A stretch of DNA of 64,000 nucleotides, taken from the NCBI GenBank assembly GCA_024679065.1, contig JAGIQG010000028.1, positions 17,360,001 to 17,424,000 on the forward strand, read 5' to 3'. The notes below the pieces were generated by a model that worked only from the letters and a program-made list of their open reading frames with translations, had not been told where the DNA came from and searched no databases. Below, piece by piece: positions 27,950-40,533 of the stretch; position 1 is the stretch's first letter, and every line of letters begins with the position of its first letter. The position numbers were made by a program, and so were the translations under genes. The stretch is from Sphyrna mokarran (Eukaryota).

Positions 27950-30116
27950 CTGACCTTGTCTCCTATGCTCTCTGACCTGACTCCCGTACACTCTGAATCA
28001 GACTCCCGCACACTCAAACCCTCTCCCTCTGACCCCAACTCCCGCGCACTATGACACATACTCCCACGCAATCAGACATAGACTTCCGCACACTCTGACA
28101 CAGACTCCTGTGCACTTAGACACAGACTCCCATGCACTCAGACAGAGTCTCACACACACTGGAACTCATACACTCACAAATTCTGACTCCAACAGTGCAA
28201 ACTCTGACCTTGCACACCGAAACCCAGATTCTCGCACACTGACTCCGACTCCTGCACACTCTAACCCTGGCTCCTGTGCATTCTGACATCCACACACTCT
28301 GACAGTCTCCTGCACACTCTGATACAGTCTCCCGCGCACTCTGACACAGTCTCCTACACACTCTGACCCCGAGTCCTGCACATGCTGACAACGAGTCCTG
28401 TACACTCTGACTCTGGGCCCCGTGCTCTCTGACCATGACTCTCATACACTCTGAAACAGACTTCCGCACACTCTGATCCCAACTCCTGTGTGCATTCTGA
28501 CACTATCTCCCACGCACTCTGACACAGTTTACTGTGAACTCTGACCACTGAATCTTGCATATGCCGACCCCCGACTCCTGCATACTCTGATACAGGTTCT
28601 GACCCCAGCTCCTTTACACTCTGACCCCAACTCCCACGCTTTCCGACCGACTTCCTCACACTATGACACAGACTCCCGCATACTGATAAGGTCTCCCATG
28701 CATTCTGAAACAATCTCCTGAGAACTCTGACCCCCGACTCCCACGCACTCTGACCCCTGACTCCCACACACTCTGATATAGATTCCAGCGTTCTTGGACA
28801 CAGACTTCTTCGTATTTTAACACAGATTCAAGCGGACTCTGACACAGTCTCCAGCGTACTCAGACACAGACTCCTATGCACTCTGCCACAGTCATCCACG
28901 CACTCTGACACATATACTCCCGTGCATTCTGACCTCCGACTCCTGCGCGCACTCCGACCTCTGATTTCCACACAATCCGCACAGACTGCTGCACACTCTA
29001 ACTCTCACCCCGCAAACTGGGACACAAACTACTCTACACTCTCTGACCCCAAACTTGCACACTCTGAACCTGACAACTGCACATTCTGCAGCCGACTCCG
29101 CACACATGGCCCTGACTCCTCCGCACTTTGACACTGACTCCCATACACTTTGATCCCAACTCCCGCACATCGACTCCTGCACGCTTTTGACACAGACTCC
29201 CCTACACTCTGACACAGTCTCCCGCAAATTCTGACTCTGACTCCTGTACATGCTGACAGTAAATCCTGCACGCTGTGATCCTGGCTCTTGTGCTCTCTGA
29301 TCCTGACTCCCGTACACTCTGAAACAGACTCCTGCACACTCAGCCCCTGCACAATCAGACACAGACTCCTATATCCTCTGACATAGGTTCCCGTGCACTC
29401 TGACACAGACTCCTGCTCACTCTGACTCCCGGCTCCTGCGCACTCTTACAGAGACTCAAACGTACTGAGACACTGACTCCCTCATATTCTGACACAGACT
29501 CAAGTGCAGTCTGACACAAGCTCGTGCGCTCTCTAACCCCATTTCCTTTACACACTGACCCCAACTCACACACTCTGACAACTAACTTCCTTGCACTCTG
29601 ACAAGGACCCCTATGCAATGACACAGTCTCTCGCATTCTGAAACAGTCTCCCACACATTCTGATCCCGACTCCCGCGCGCTCTGAACCCTGACTCCCGTG
29701 CACTCTGATAAGATTCCAGCATTCTCGGACTCAGACTCCTTCACACTCTGACACAGACACCAGTGCTCTCTACCCTGGCTCCTTTACATTCTGATTCAAG
29801 ACACAGACTTCTGTGTACTCTGACAGACTCCTGTGCACTCTGACCTCCGACTCCTGTGCACACTCTAATCTTCTACTCCTGCGTACATTGACCTCTGACT
29901 CCTATGCACATTCTGACCTCCGATTCCTGCGTACTCCGCACAGACCCCCGCACACTCTGACTCTGACCCTACAAACTGAGACACAGACTACCCTGCACAC
30001 TCTGACCCTCACCCCACACAATCTGACCCTGACAACTGCACATTCTGCAGTCAAGTCTCCACACTGGCCACAACTCCTCCGCACTTTAACACTGACTCCT
30101 ATGCACTTTGACCATG

Positions 30117-30205
30117 AGAGTCTAAGTGCGCAGGAGCCGGTGTCTGAGTGCGTGGGAGCATATGTCTGAGTGTGCGGGAATCCGTGTCAGAGTGTGTAGA
30201 AGTCT
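30117..30205 (-). repeat. Inverted patch of about 4 satellite units
   Basis: gagtctaagtgcgcaggagccggtgtctgagtgcgtgggag...gtgtcagagtgtgtagaagtct, opposite in orientation to the array. Confidence 0.88.
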
Positions 30206-31861
30206 AATGCAGACTCTGGGTGCACTCAGACAGAGACTCCCGCATACTGAGACTCATACTCTCACATTCTGATTCCGACAGCGCACATTCTGACCCCGCA
30301 GACTGGAACCCAGACTCTGGCACATTCTGACCTCAATTCCCATGAACTCTGACCCTGACTCTTGCTCACCCTAAGCCCAACATCAGAACACACACTGATG
30401 CAGACTCCAGCACACTCTCTGATGCTGAATGTTTCACACTCTGATCCTGACTCAGGCCCACTCTGACCCCTGACTCCCACACACGCCGAACCCGACCGTC
30501 ACACATTCTGACACAGACTCGCACACGCTCTGACAGACTCTTGTGCACTCTGACGCAGACCACTGTGCATTCTGACACAGACTCGCGTGCACCCTGACTG
30601 ACTCGTGTGCACTCTGACACACACTCCCGCGCAATCTGACACACACTTCTGCGCACTCAGACATAGGCTCCCGCGCATTCAGACATAGACTTCAACACAC
30701 TCAGACACATACTCCCATTCACTTGGACTCATATTTTTGCATATTCTGACTCCAACAGTGCACATTCTGACCCCGCACACTGGGACTCAGACCCTCGCAC
30801 ATTCTGACCCTGACTCCCAAGCACTGTGACACAGTATCCCACGAACTGTGACATAGTCTTCTGCGCACCCTGACAGTCTCCCGTGCACTCTGACACAATC
30901 TCCTGCACACCCTGACACAGTCTCCCGCGCGCTCTGACTCCCAACTCCTGCACACTCTGATCCTGGCTGCCGTGCTCTCTGGTCCCTACACCTGTGCACT
31001 CTGAAACAGACTCCTGCACTCCCAGATCCTGCTCACTCTGACCCCGACTCCTGCACACTCTCACCCCAACTGCTGAGCACACTGAAACAGACTCTCGTGC
31101 ACTCAGACACAGATTCCCGTTGACTCTGACACAGACTCCTGCGCATTCTGACATAGTCTCCCGCGTACCCTGAAACAGACTCCTGCACACTCTGGCCCCA
31201 ACACTTGCACACTCTGATAAAGACTGCCATGTTCTCTAGCACAAACTCCCATGTACTCTGACTTCTGACACCTGTACACACTCTAATCTCCTATTCCTGC
31301 GTACTCTGAGCTCCGATTTCCATGCACACTCTGACTTTCAATTCCTGCACACTCCACACAGCGTCTTGCACACTCTGACTCTGACCCCGCAAACTGCGAC
31401 ACAGACTACCCTGCACACTCTGACCCCCATCTCACACACTCTGACCCTGACTCCTGCACACTCTGACATTGACTCCCGCACACTCTGAGCCCAACATCGA
31501 CACACACACACACTGACACAGAATCCAACACACTCTCTGATGCTGACTGTTTTACTCTCTTAATCTGACTCAGGCGCGCTCTGACCCTGACTCCCATGCA
31601 CTCTGATACTGGCTCCTGTACACTCTGAGCCCAACATTGACAAACACATTGATGCAGACTCCAGCATACTCTCTGATGCTGGCTGTTTCACACTCTAACC
31701 CCGACTCCTGTACACTGAAACAGATACCTGCGCACTCTGACATAGATCTATGCACCCTCTGACAGGCTCCCACACATTCTGACACAGGCTCATACTCTCA
31801 CACATTCTGACTCCGACAGCGCACCCTGATCCTGACTCCTGCACACTTTGAGCCCAACATT

Positions 31862-31890
31862 CACACACACACAAACACACACACACACAC
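31862..31890. repeat. Imperfect (CA)n microsatellite
   Basis: cacacacacacaaacacacacacacacac. Confidence 0.85.
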
Positions 31891-34734
31891 TTCAGTATAC
31901 TCTCTGCTGCTGGCTGTTCCAAACTCTGACCGTGACTCAGGCACACTCGACCCCGATTCCTACCCACACTGACCCCGACTCCTGCACACTCTGACATAGA
32001 GCCCCCCCGCACTCTGACACAGAATCCTGAGCACTTAGACATAGAATCCCACGCACTCAGACATAGGCACCCACACACTCAGACACAGATTTCTGTGCAC
32101 TCAAACACAGGCTCCTGGGCACTCAGACACAGGATCCTGCACACTCAGACACATACTCCCGGGCATTGGGACTCATACTCTGACACATTCTGATTCCGAT
32201 AGCACACACTCTGACCCCACATACTGGGACCCAGACTCTTGCACATTCTGACCCCAAACCCCCCGACACTCTGACACAGACTCCCATGCACTCTGACACA
32301 GACTCCCGCACACTGGGACACAGAGTTCCTCATACTGGTACTCATACTCTTGCACATTCTGACTCCGTCAGTGCATACTCTGACCCCACACACTGGGATC
32401 AGACTCTCGCACATTCTGACCCCAATTCCCATGCACTTTGACACAGTTTCTTGCACGTTCTGATTCCGACTCTTGTACACACTGACAGCGAGTCCTGCAC
32501 ACTCTGATCCTGGCATCCATGCTCTCTGACCCCAACTCCCATACACCCTGGCCCAAACTCCCGCACACTCTGATACATATTCCTGCGTACTCTGATGCAA
32601 ACACTCCCGCGCATTCTGACCTCCGACTCCCATGCACACTCTGACATCCGATTCCCGCACACTCCGCACAGACTCCTGCACACTCTGACTCTGACCCAGC
32701 AAACTGGACACATACTACCCTACACATTCTGACCCCCATCCTGCACATTCTGACCTTGACTCCTGCACACTCTGACCCTGATTCCCGCACACTCTGAGCC
32801 CAACATTGACACTCACACTGATACAGACTCCCACACTCTTAATCTGCCTTAGGGGCACATTCTGACCCCAACTCCCATGCACTTTGACCCTGATTCCTGC
32901 ACACTCTGAGCCCAAAATTGACACTCACAATGATGCAGACTCCAGCACACTCTCTGATGCTGGCTGTTTCACACTCTGACCCCGGCTCCTGCATACTCTG
33001 ACACAGAATCCCACGCACTCTGACACAGACTCGCACGCACTCTGAAACAGACCCCCGTGCACTCTGACACAGTCTCCTGCACATTCTGACCCCGACTTCT
33101 GTACGTGCTGACACTGAATCCTGCACACTCTGATCCTGGCTCCCATGCTCTCTGACCCCGACTGTTGTGCACTCTGACCCCAACTCCTACGTACTTTGAC
33201 ACAGACTTCCGCACACTCAGACACAGACTCCTGGGTACTGGGATTCATACTCTTGCATATTCTGACTCCAGCAGCGCAAACTCTGACCCTGCATACTGGG
33301 ACCCAGACTCTTGCAGATTCTGACCCTGATTCCCACATACTCTGACAAAGTCTCCAGCGCACTCTGACACAATCTCCCACACATCCTGATACAGTCTCCT
33401 GCGCACCCTGACACAGTCTCCTGCACATTCTGACCCCGACTTCTGTACGTGCTGACACTGAATCCTGCACACTCTGATCCTGGCTCCCATGCTCTCTGAC
33501 CCCGACTGTTGTGCACTCTGACCCCAACTCCTACGTACTTTGACACAGACTCTTACACACTCTGACACACATTCCTACATACTCTGACACACACACTCCT
33601 GACCACTCTGACTTCCAACTCCTGCGTATACTCTAATCTCCTACTCCCAAACACTCTGACCTCTGACTCCCTTGTGCATTTTGATCTCCGATTCCTGCAC
33701 ACTCCGCACAGACTCCTGCACGCTCTGACTCTAAGAGCGTGTCTGACTCTGACACAGACTACCTTGGACACTCTGACCCCCACCCTGAACACTTTGATCC
33801 TGACTCCTGCTCACTCTGATTCTGACTCCCGCACACTCTGATACAGCCTCATGTGCACCCTGACCTCCAGCTCCCACACACTCTGACACAGACTCCCTTG
33901 CACTCTGACAGTGATTCAAGCACGCTCTGATCATGGTTCCTTTACACTCTGACCCTGACCTATATGCATAATGACCCCAGACTCCATACACTCTGCCGCG
34001 AACTCCCGGCACTCTGCCCCCTATTCTGTGCATTTTGACACAGATTTCCGTGCACTGGGACTCTGGCACATTATGACTCCGCACTCACTGTCAGCGAGTT
34101 CCACATATTCTGACCCTGACTCCAGTACACTCTAACCCCGATGCTGTGCACTCTGACCCTCGAATCCCACACATTCTGACACAGATTCCAAGCATTCTGA
34201 ATCAGACCCCTGAGCATTCTGACACCTGACTGCTACGCACTCTGACACAGATCCCCGCACACTCCAACACTTGACTCCGCAAACTGAGATACAGATTACT
34301 CCCGCACACTCTGATCCTGACTCCTGCACACTCTGACCCTGTCTCCCGCACACTCTGACTCTGCCTCCCGCACACTCTGACTCTGACTCTCATACACCCT
34401 GACCCTGACTCTTGTGCACTGCGAGTCTGACTCTTGCCCAAGCTGACTGTGACTGCCACACACTCTGAACTCAATTCCTGCACACTCTGAATTTGACTCC
34501 CACACACTCTGACCCCAACTCTCTCACACTCTAATCCCAACTCCCACACATTTTGACTCCCAACTCATGCACACTCTGGTTTCTGACTCTCGCACACTCT
34601 GATCTCTGACTCTTGTACACTCTGATCTCTGACTCTTGTACACTCTGACAGACTCCTGCAAACTCTGACATCAACAGTGCACACTCTGACTCCGCATACT
34701 ACACCCAGACGCTCGAACATTCTGACCGTGACTT

Positions 34735-35065
34735 TGGATAGTCAGAAACTTTTTCCCAGAATGGAAGAGCTAATTACTAAGGAGCATAGGTTTAAGATGC
34801 TAGGGGCAAGATTTAATGCAGATATATGAGACAGATTTTTTACACAGAGGGTGATGGATGCTTGGAACTCGCTGCCGGGTTGTTGATGCAAATAGATACG
34901 ATAGTGACTTTTAATGGGTGTCATGATAAATATATGAATAGGATGAGAATGGAGGGATATGGTCCCTGGAAAGGTCGGACCTTTTAATTAAGTCAGACGG
35001 CAGGTTCGGTGCAGGCTTGGAGAGCTGAGGACTTAGTTCCTGTGCTGTAATTTACTTTATTCTTC
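34735..35065 (+). mobile_element. 3' fragment of a CR1-type LINE (ORF2 end plus 3' UTR)
   Basis: DSQKLFPRMEE...HRFK...FFTQRVMDAWNSLP-like sequence followed by a ggtgcaggcttggag...ttcctgtgctgta tail. Confidence 0.88.
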
Positions 35066-36428
35066 ACCTGACTGCTGCACACTTTGACTCTGATACCGGC
35101 ACACTCTGATTTAACTCCGGCGCACTCTGACCCAGAGTCTCGCACACTCTGACCCAGACTCCTGCACACTTTGAACCCACACACTCTAACCCAATCTCCC
35201 AACCTCTCTGACCCAACTCCACAGCACTCTGGCACGACTCCCGCACACTCTGATCCCGATTTCCACACATTCTGATCCCATCTCCCCAGCACTCTGACAT
35301 GACTCCCGCATGCTCTGACCCAGACTCCCTCATAATCTGACACCAACTCCTGCATAGTCTGATCTCGACTCCCGCACACTCTGACCTGACTCCCGCACAC
35401 TCTGACCCCGACTCCTGTACACTCTGAACCTCCTGACTTCTGTCACACTCTGACCTTGACTCCAATGTACTCTGACCACGACTCCTGTGCACTCTGACCA
35501 CGACTCCAACATACTCTGACCCTGACTCCCTGCACTCTGATCATGACTCCTGCGCACAGACTCCCGCTCACTCCAACTCTGACCCTGCAAACTGGGACAC
35601 AGACTACCCCGTACAGTCTGACCTCAAGTCCTGCACATTCTGTCCCCAGCTCCTGTAGACTCTGACTCCAATGTCATACACTCTGACTCTGCAAGCTGGG
35701 ACCAAGACTCTTGCACACTGTGACTCTGACATTAGCACATTTTGATCCCAACTCCCTCATACTCTGACCCCAACTCCCGCATTCTGACCCCCGACTTGAG
35801 CACGCTCTGAACCCCAACTCCTACACATTCTCACCCAGACTCCTGAATATTTTGACCCCAACTCCTGCACATCTGACCCCAACTCTTGCACACTCTGACT
35901 CCGACTCCCTCACACTCTGACCCTGACTGCTGCGCACTCTGACCCCGATTCCCATGTACTCTGACCTCAACTCCTGCACTCTATTCCGACTTCTGCACTC
36001 TGATTCCGACTTCCGCACTCTGACCCTGACTCCTATACTCTGACCCCGACACCCATTCTCTCTAATCCTGACTCCTGTGCACTCTGATCCCACGCACTCT
36101 GATCCGGCCTCCCTTCCGCTCTGATCTGACTCCCACAAACTTTGATCCGGACTCCCGTGCACTTTGACCCAGACACTCACACACTCTCACTTAATCCCTG
36201 AATACTTTGACCCCTTTTATCACACACTCTGACTCTCAGCCTGCACATACTGAACCCCCAGCTTCCATGCACAAAGATACTATCTTCCACACATTCTGAC
36301 CCTGACTCCCATACATTCTGACAACAATCACCATGTTGATGACTCCTGCACACTGTGACACTGACCACCTCACTCTGACCCTGATGCCCAAACATAATAG
36401 CCCCTAGCACCCATATGCTCTGACTCCC

Positions 36429-36652
36429 TGTAATGTCATAACAATGTTAAGAGTTGTATGGTTAACAAAAAGAAAAGGCTGTAGTTTTCACACATATTCA
36501 AACTAACAACAATAGGTTTATTCTAGGACTTCTTGCCTGTACATAGTGCAAACTGGAAGTAAAACTGTAGCCTCTGCAATACCCTAATAACAGCACCATT
36601 AAACCATGTGATTGGATGTTAAAGTAATCTGCAATCACCTAAATATATAACA
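36429..36652 (-). repeat. 3' LTR of the Gypsy element
   Basis: TGTAATGTC...ATAACA termini; AATAAA on the minus strand at 36517-36522; aligns with 43431-43655 (shared actaacaacaa.aggttta and ttaaagtaatctgcaa.cac.taaa). Confidence 0.87.
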
Positions 36653-39600
36653 TTCCTAACATTCAATAATAACGTTCATATTACTGTGCACCAGGAATCA
36701 TTAAACACAGTCAATAAGAAAGTCATTCAGGATTCTTTGGTTGTATATGATATTCTGGAATTTAGCTGTCCTTGACCCTAGAAGTATATTGTGGAACTTC
36801 ACTAGATACTTCTTCTCTTGGATCTAATTCTGCATCATCCTCACATGGTAAAGTAGCTAAGACACAATCATCAGGCAACTCAGATTCAACTAAATCTTCC
36901 ACAGTAGCAGTCACAACTCTAGGGACTAAAGAAGTTGGTACTTCTGGAGATGATTCTGAGAAATCATTTCGAGATAACAACAATTGGTCAGTATGGAGCT
37001 GCCAAACTAGTTCTTCAGTTTGAACCATGTACGAAAATGGACCTTTTTTGCTAAAACTATGGCTAGTACTCATATCTCATTCATAACTGTTAGCACAATT
37101 ACATGCTCACACTCGATCTCCTAGTTGAAATGAGCATTGTTTACTCTCACTTCTCATTTAGCAACTTGAGAATGTTGTTGACACTCTAGCATCTCTGAAG
37201 TTTCTGGAGGTAATAACAAATCAAACGTAGTTTTCAACTTCCTCTTTAAGAGTAGTAATGCAGGTAGCATGGGTTGTCGCATGAGTAGTGTTTCTATAAG
37301 ATGCCATAAAGCTATTCACATGACGTGATAATGAACCTTGCTCTTTTGAAGCTCTTAAAGAATGTTTCAAGGATTGTATGAATCTTTCAGCTAATCCATT
37401 GGATGATGGATGATAAGGTCTGGATTTTATAGGCTGAATACCATTTACTTTGAGATAATCCTCAAATTCTTGTGATGTAAACTGTGAACCATTATCACTA
37501 ACAATTTGTTCTGGTTTATCAAATCTTGCAAAAAGTTTGTCAAGTTTTTCAATGGTTTGTTCAGTTGTAGTAGATGTCATGATAATAACTTCTGGCCATT
37601 TTGAGTGCATATTGATTATGACTAAGAACATGTAACCCTCAAACTGACCAGCACAATTTATAAGCAATCATTGCTATGGCATTTTAGGTCACTCCCATGG
37701 TTGCAAAGGAGACAACGTTGGTATATTTCTTATTCGTGCACAGGATTGATTCTGTCTCAATTTTTCTTCAATCTGAGCATCCAGACCCGGCCACCAAAAA
37801 TACTATGTGCTAATTCCTTCATCCGGACTATACCAAGATGTCATTCATGTAGTTGTTCAAGAACTCTTCCATGCAGACTAGGAGGAATGATCATTCAGAT
37901 CCCCCACAATAGACACCCACCTTGGACGGTCAATTCAAGGTTTCTTGACACATATGGTTTCAAATCACGATGTGTACGATGCGTTCCAGCTATTGTTCCT
38001 TTCAATAACATATCCATCACCTTCACCATCACGGGGTCATTTCTGGTATGTCTCTGAACTTGAGAAGCTGTCACAGGCAAATGATCTACTAGCGAAAAAT
38101 AAAGAATATTAGCAAAACTAATTGGTGGTATCTGCTCAATAGGTAAAGGTAAGTGTAATAATGCATCAGCATTAGCATGGCACTCTGACTGACGACACTT
38201 ATATTGTAGAGTGTGCAGATAAGATCAGTGACCACCTTTGCAATCAGCTAGTAGCTAACAATAGTATGCCTTTATACAGCTCAAAAATAGTAGTTAAGGG
38301 TTGATGATCAGGCAATAATGTGAAATGACAATCATACAAATAATAATGAAACCTTCTGATGCCAGAAATTATACTGAATGTCTCTTTTTTTTTAGCTGAA
38401 CATTGTTAGATTCAGCACTATTCAGAGTATGCAAAGCAAAAGCTATTGATTGTACTTCTCCCAAAGTCATAATATATGTAATGACTGCGCCTACTCCATA
38501 AAGTGAAGTGTTGCAAGCAAGCAGGAATGGTAGCTTCAGATTAAAACGAACCAATATTTCAGATTTCTGAAAAGCATTTTGACATTCTTCTATGCTTTCT
38601 CACATTCTGTTGTCCAGTCCCATGATTGTTTCATACATTGTAAATTATGCAATGGCTTTAGTAACGTAGCTAAGCTAGGAATAAATTTGCCATAATAATT
38701 TTACTAATCCTAGAAAGGGCTGGAACTGCATCACATTCCTCAGACATGATGCATCTAAAATAGTGTCCAAATTTTCAGGTGCTTTATGTAGACTTTTGCT
38801 ATCAATAACTTGACCCAAATACTGGATTGATGTCTGGCAAAAGTAATACTTGTCTTTCTTGATACATGGACCATGTGTTTGAAGACACTCCAATGTTGTA
38901 TCTGAATTGTTCAACTGTTCTTGTTCACCGAGCCCTGTAATTAGAATATTATCCATGTAACATTGTATACCAGAGAGACCATTTAAAATCTGATCCATTG
39001 ATCTCTGGAATAGGGCTGATGCAGATGTTATTCCAAAAGGCAATCTTCTATAGCAAAAAATATCTTTCTGGGTGATGATGGTAATCAATGGTCGAAATTC
39101 ATCAGCTACATGCATCTGTAAAAATAGTTGTGAAAATTAATTTTGTTGAATTTCTGCCCACCTGATAGTCCAGGAAACAAATCTTCAATTTAGAAAATGC
39201 TTATTGATCAGCGTGCAACACTGGAATGATGGTTGTTTTAAAATCTCCACAAAAATACGAACAGGACTATTCGTTTCATGAAAGGTATGGTCAGGATACC
39301 CAGCCACTTATTGTAACCAGCTCTAATATATCAGTGTTAACAGGTCGTACTAATGTTTCTTTGATCTTGCATGAATTGCATATGGCATTGCTCTTGCTTT
39401 GAAACTTTTTGGTTGACTATTAGGCTTTAATTTGAGTTTCACTTGAATTCCTTTCCTTGAACCCAGCGTCTCTTCGAATAGACTCTTGTATTTATAGTGA
39501 AGGTATTGCAGGTCTGTTTTTGGCATCTACCAATCTGTTGACAGCACTCCAATTGAACTTTATCTTCTCCAACCATGATCTCCCAAATACTATTGGAAAA

Positions 39601-40533
39601 TTATCACAGATTATATAGAGAGGCAACTTCTCTGTTTGTCCACTCAACTCTAATTGCCCATGATGTAACTTTCTAAAAGTACAATTTCGGCTGTGGATGT
39701 CCTTAAAATCACATCAGCTTCAATTTTTGTTGTTATGTAGTCTCATGAATTAAATTAAACATGAATATTAACATCCATTCTAATATGCTACCGACTTTAA
39801 TTTCAAAATTACCCAGAATCAATATGATTCACCCTGTATGGATAAAGCATTCAGTTGGAGCTCTTCATTATAGTTCTGGACATTCTCTTCTTCACAATCA
39901 TAATTTTTTTCTTCCGTGCCGTAAATTCCTTTTGAAGAATGCAACTTATTTTTCTTCTTAACGGTACCCAGACGCTTTTTCTGAATGTTCTTCTCAGGGG
40001 ACAAGCTTTCGCAATATGACCTACTTTGCTATAATTTCTGCAATGACTAACCTTGCTCCAGCAATCACTCACTGAAGGGCCCATTTTGGCACAATTGCAA
40101 TATGCTTGTTGTTGTTTTGACTTCATATGAGCCATTGTTGATCTTCATTTCTGCACCAAATTGTGAATCCTTTTTAGCAATCAGTTCTATCGACACTGCA
40201 GTTTCTACTGCTGTCTCTAAAGTTAAAGCATATTAAGTAAGATATCTCCTTTTGATAGCCCATTTTAGATATCACAAACTGGAGTCATTTTCTAATGATC
40301 CACCAAACACACACAATCTTGTGCCAACATTTTTAAGGCTGTCATGAACTGAGCAAAGCTTTTGCCTTTCTTCAGTGGGACCTGAACCACTCCGCGATGT
40401 TAGTGGCATACAAGAGTAATTCTCTTCAAGGATCTTTGTCAAGTCATTGTAAATTTTGTTCCTAGCATTGCTGGATGCAGCTCAAATTGAAAGTATAACT
40501 TCCTACTGTACTGAGAACAGCTGGGACTAGCAA

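Larger units (their letters stand above)
27950..36428. repeat. 22-bp satellite, mixed ACA and CCC/CCT variants, increasingly degenerate toward the Gypsy LTR
   Basis: 22-nt periodic units with recurring landmarks (gctggctgtttcacactct, aactgggacacagactaccc, gagcccaacat). Confidence 0.94.

Noticed and set aside
26749-27950. Reverse transcriptase next to repeats as a retron, DGR or telomerase-like system
   Set aside because: Ordinary 5'-truncated, frameshifted CR1 ORF2 with tail and target duplication; no A-specific template/variable repeat pair
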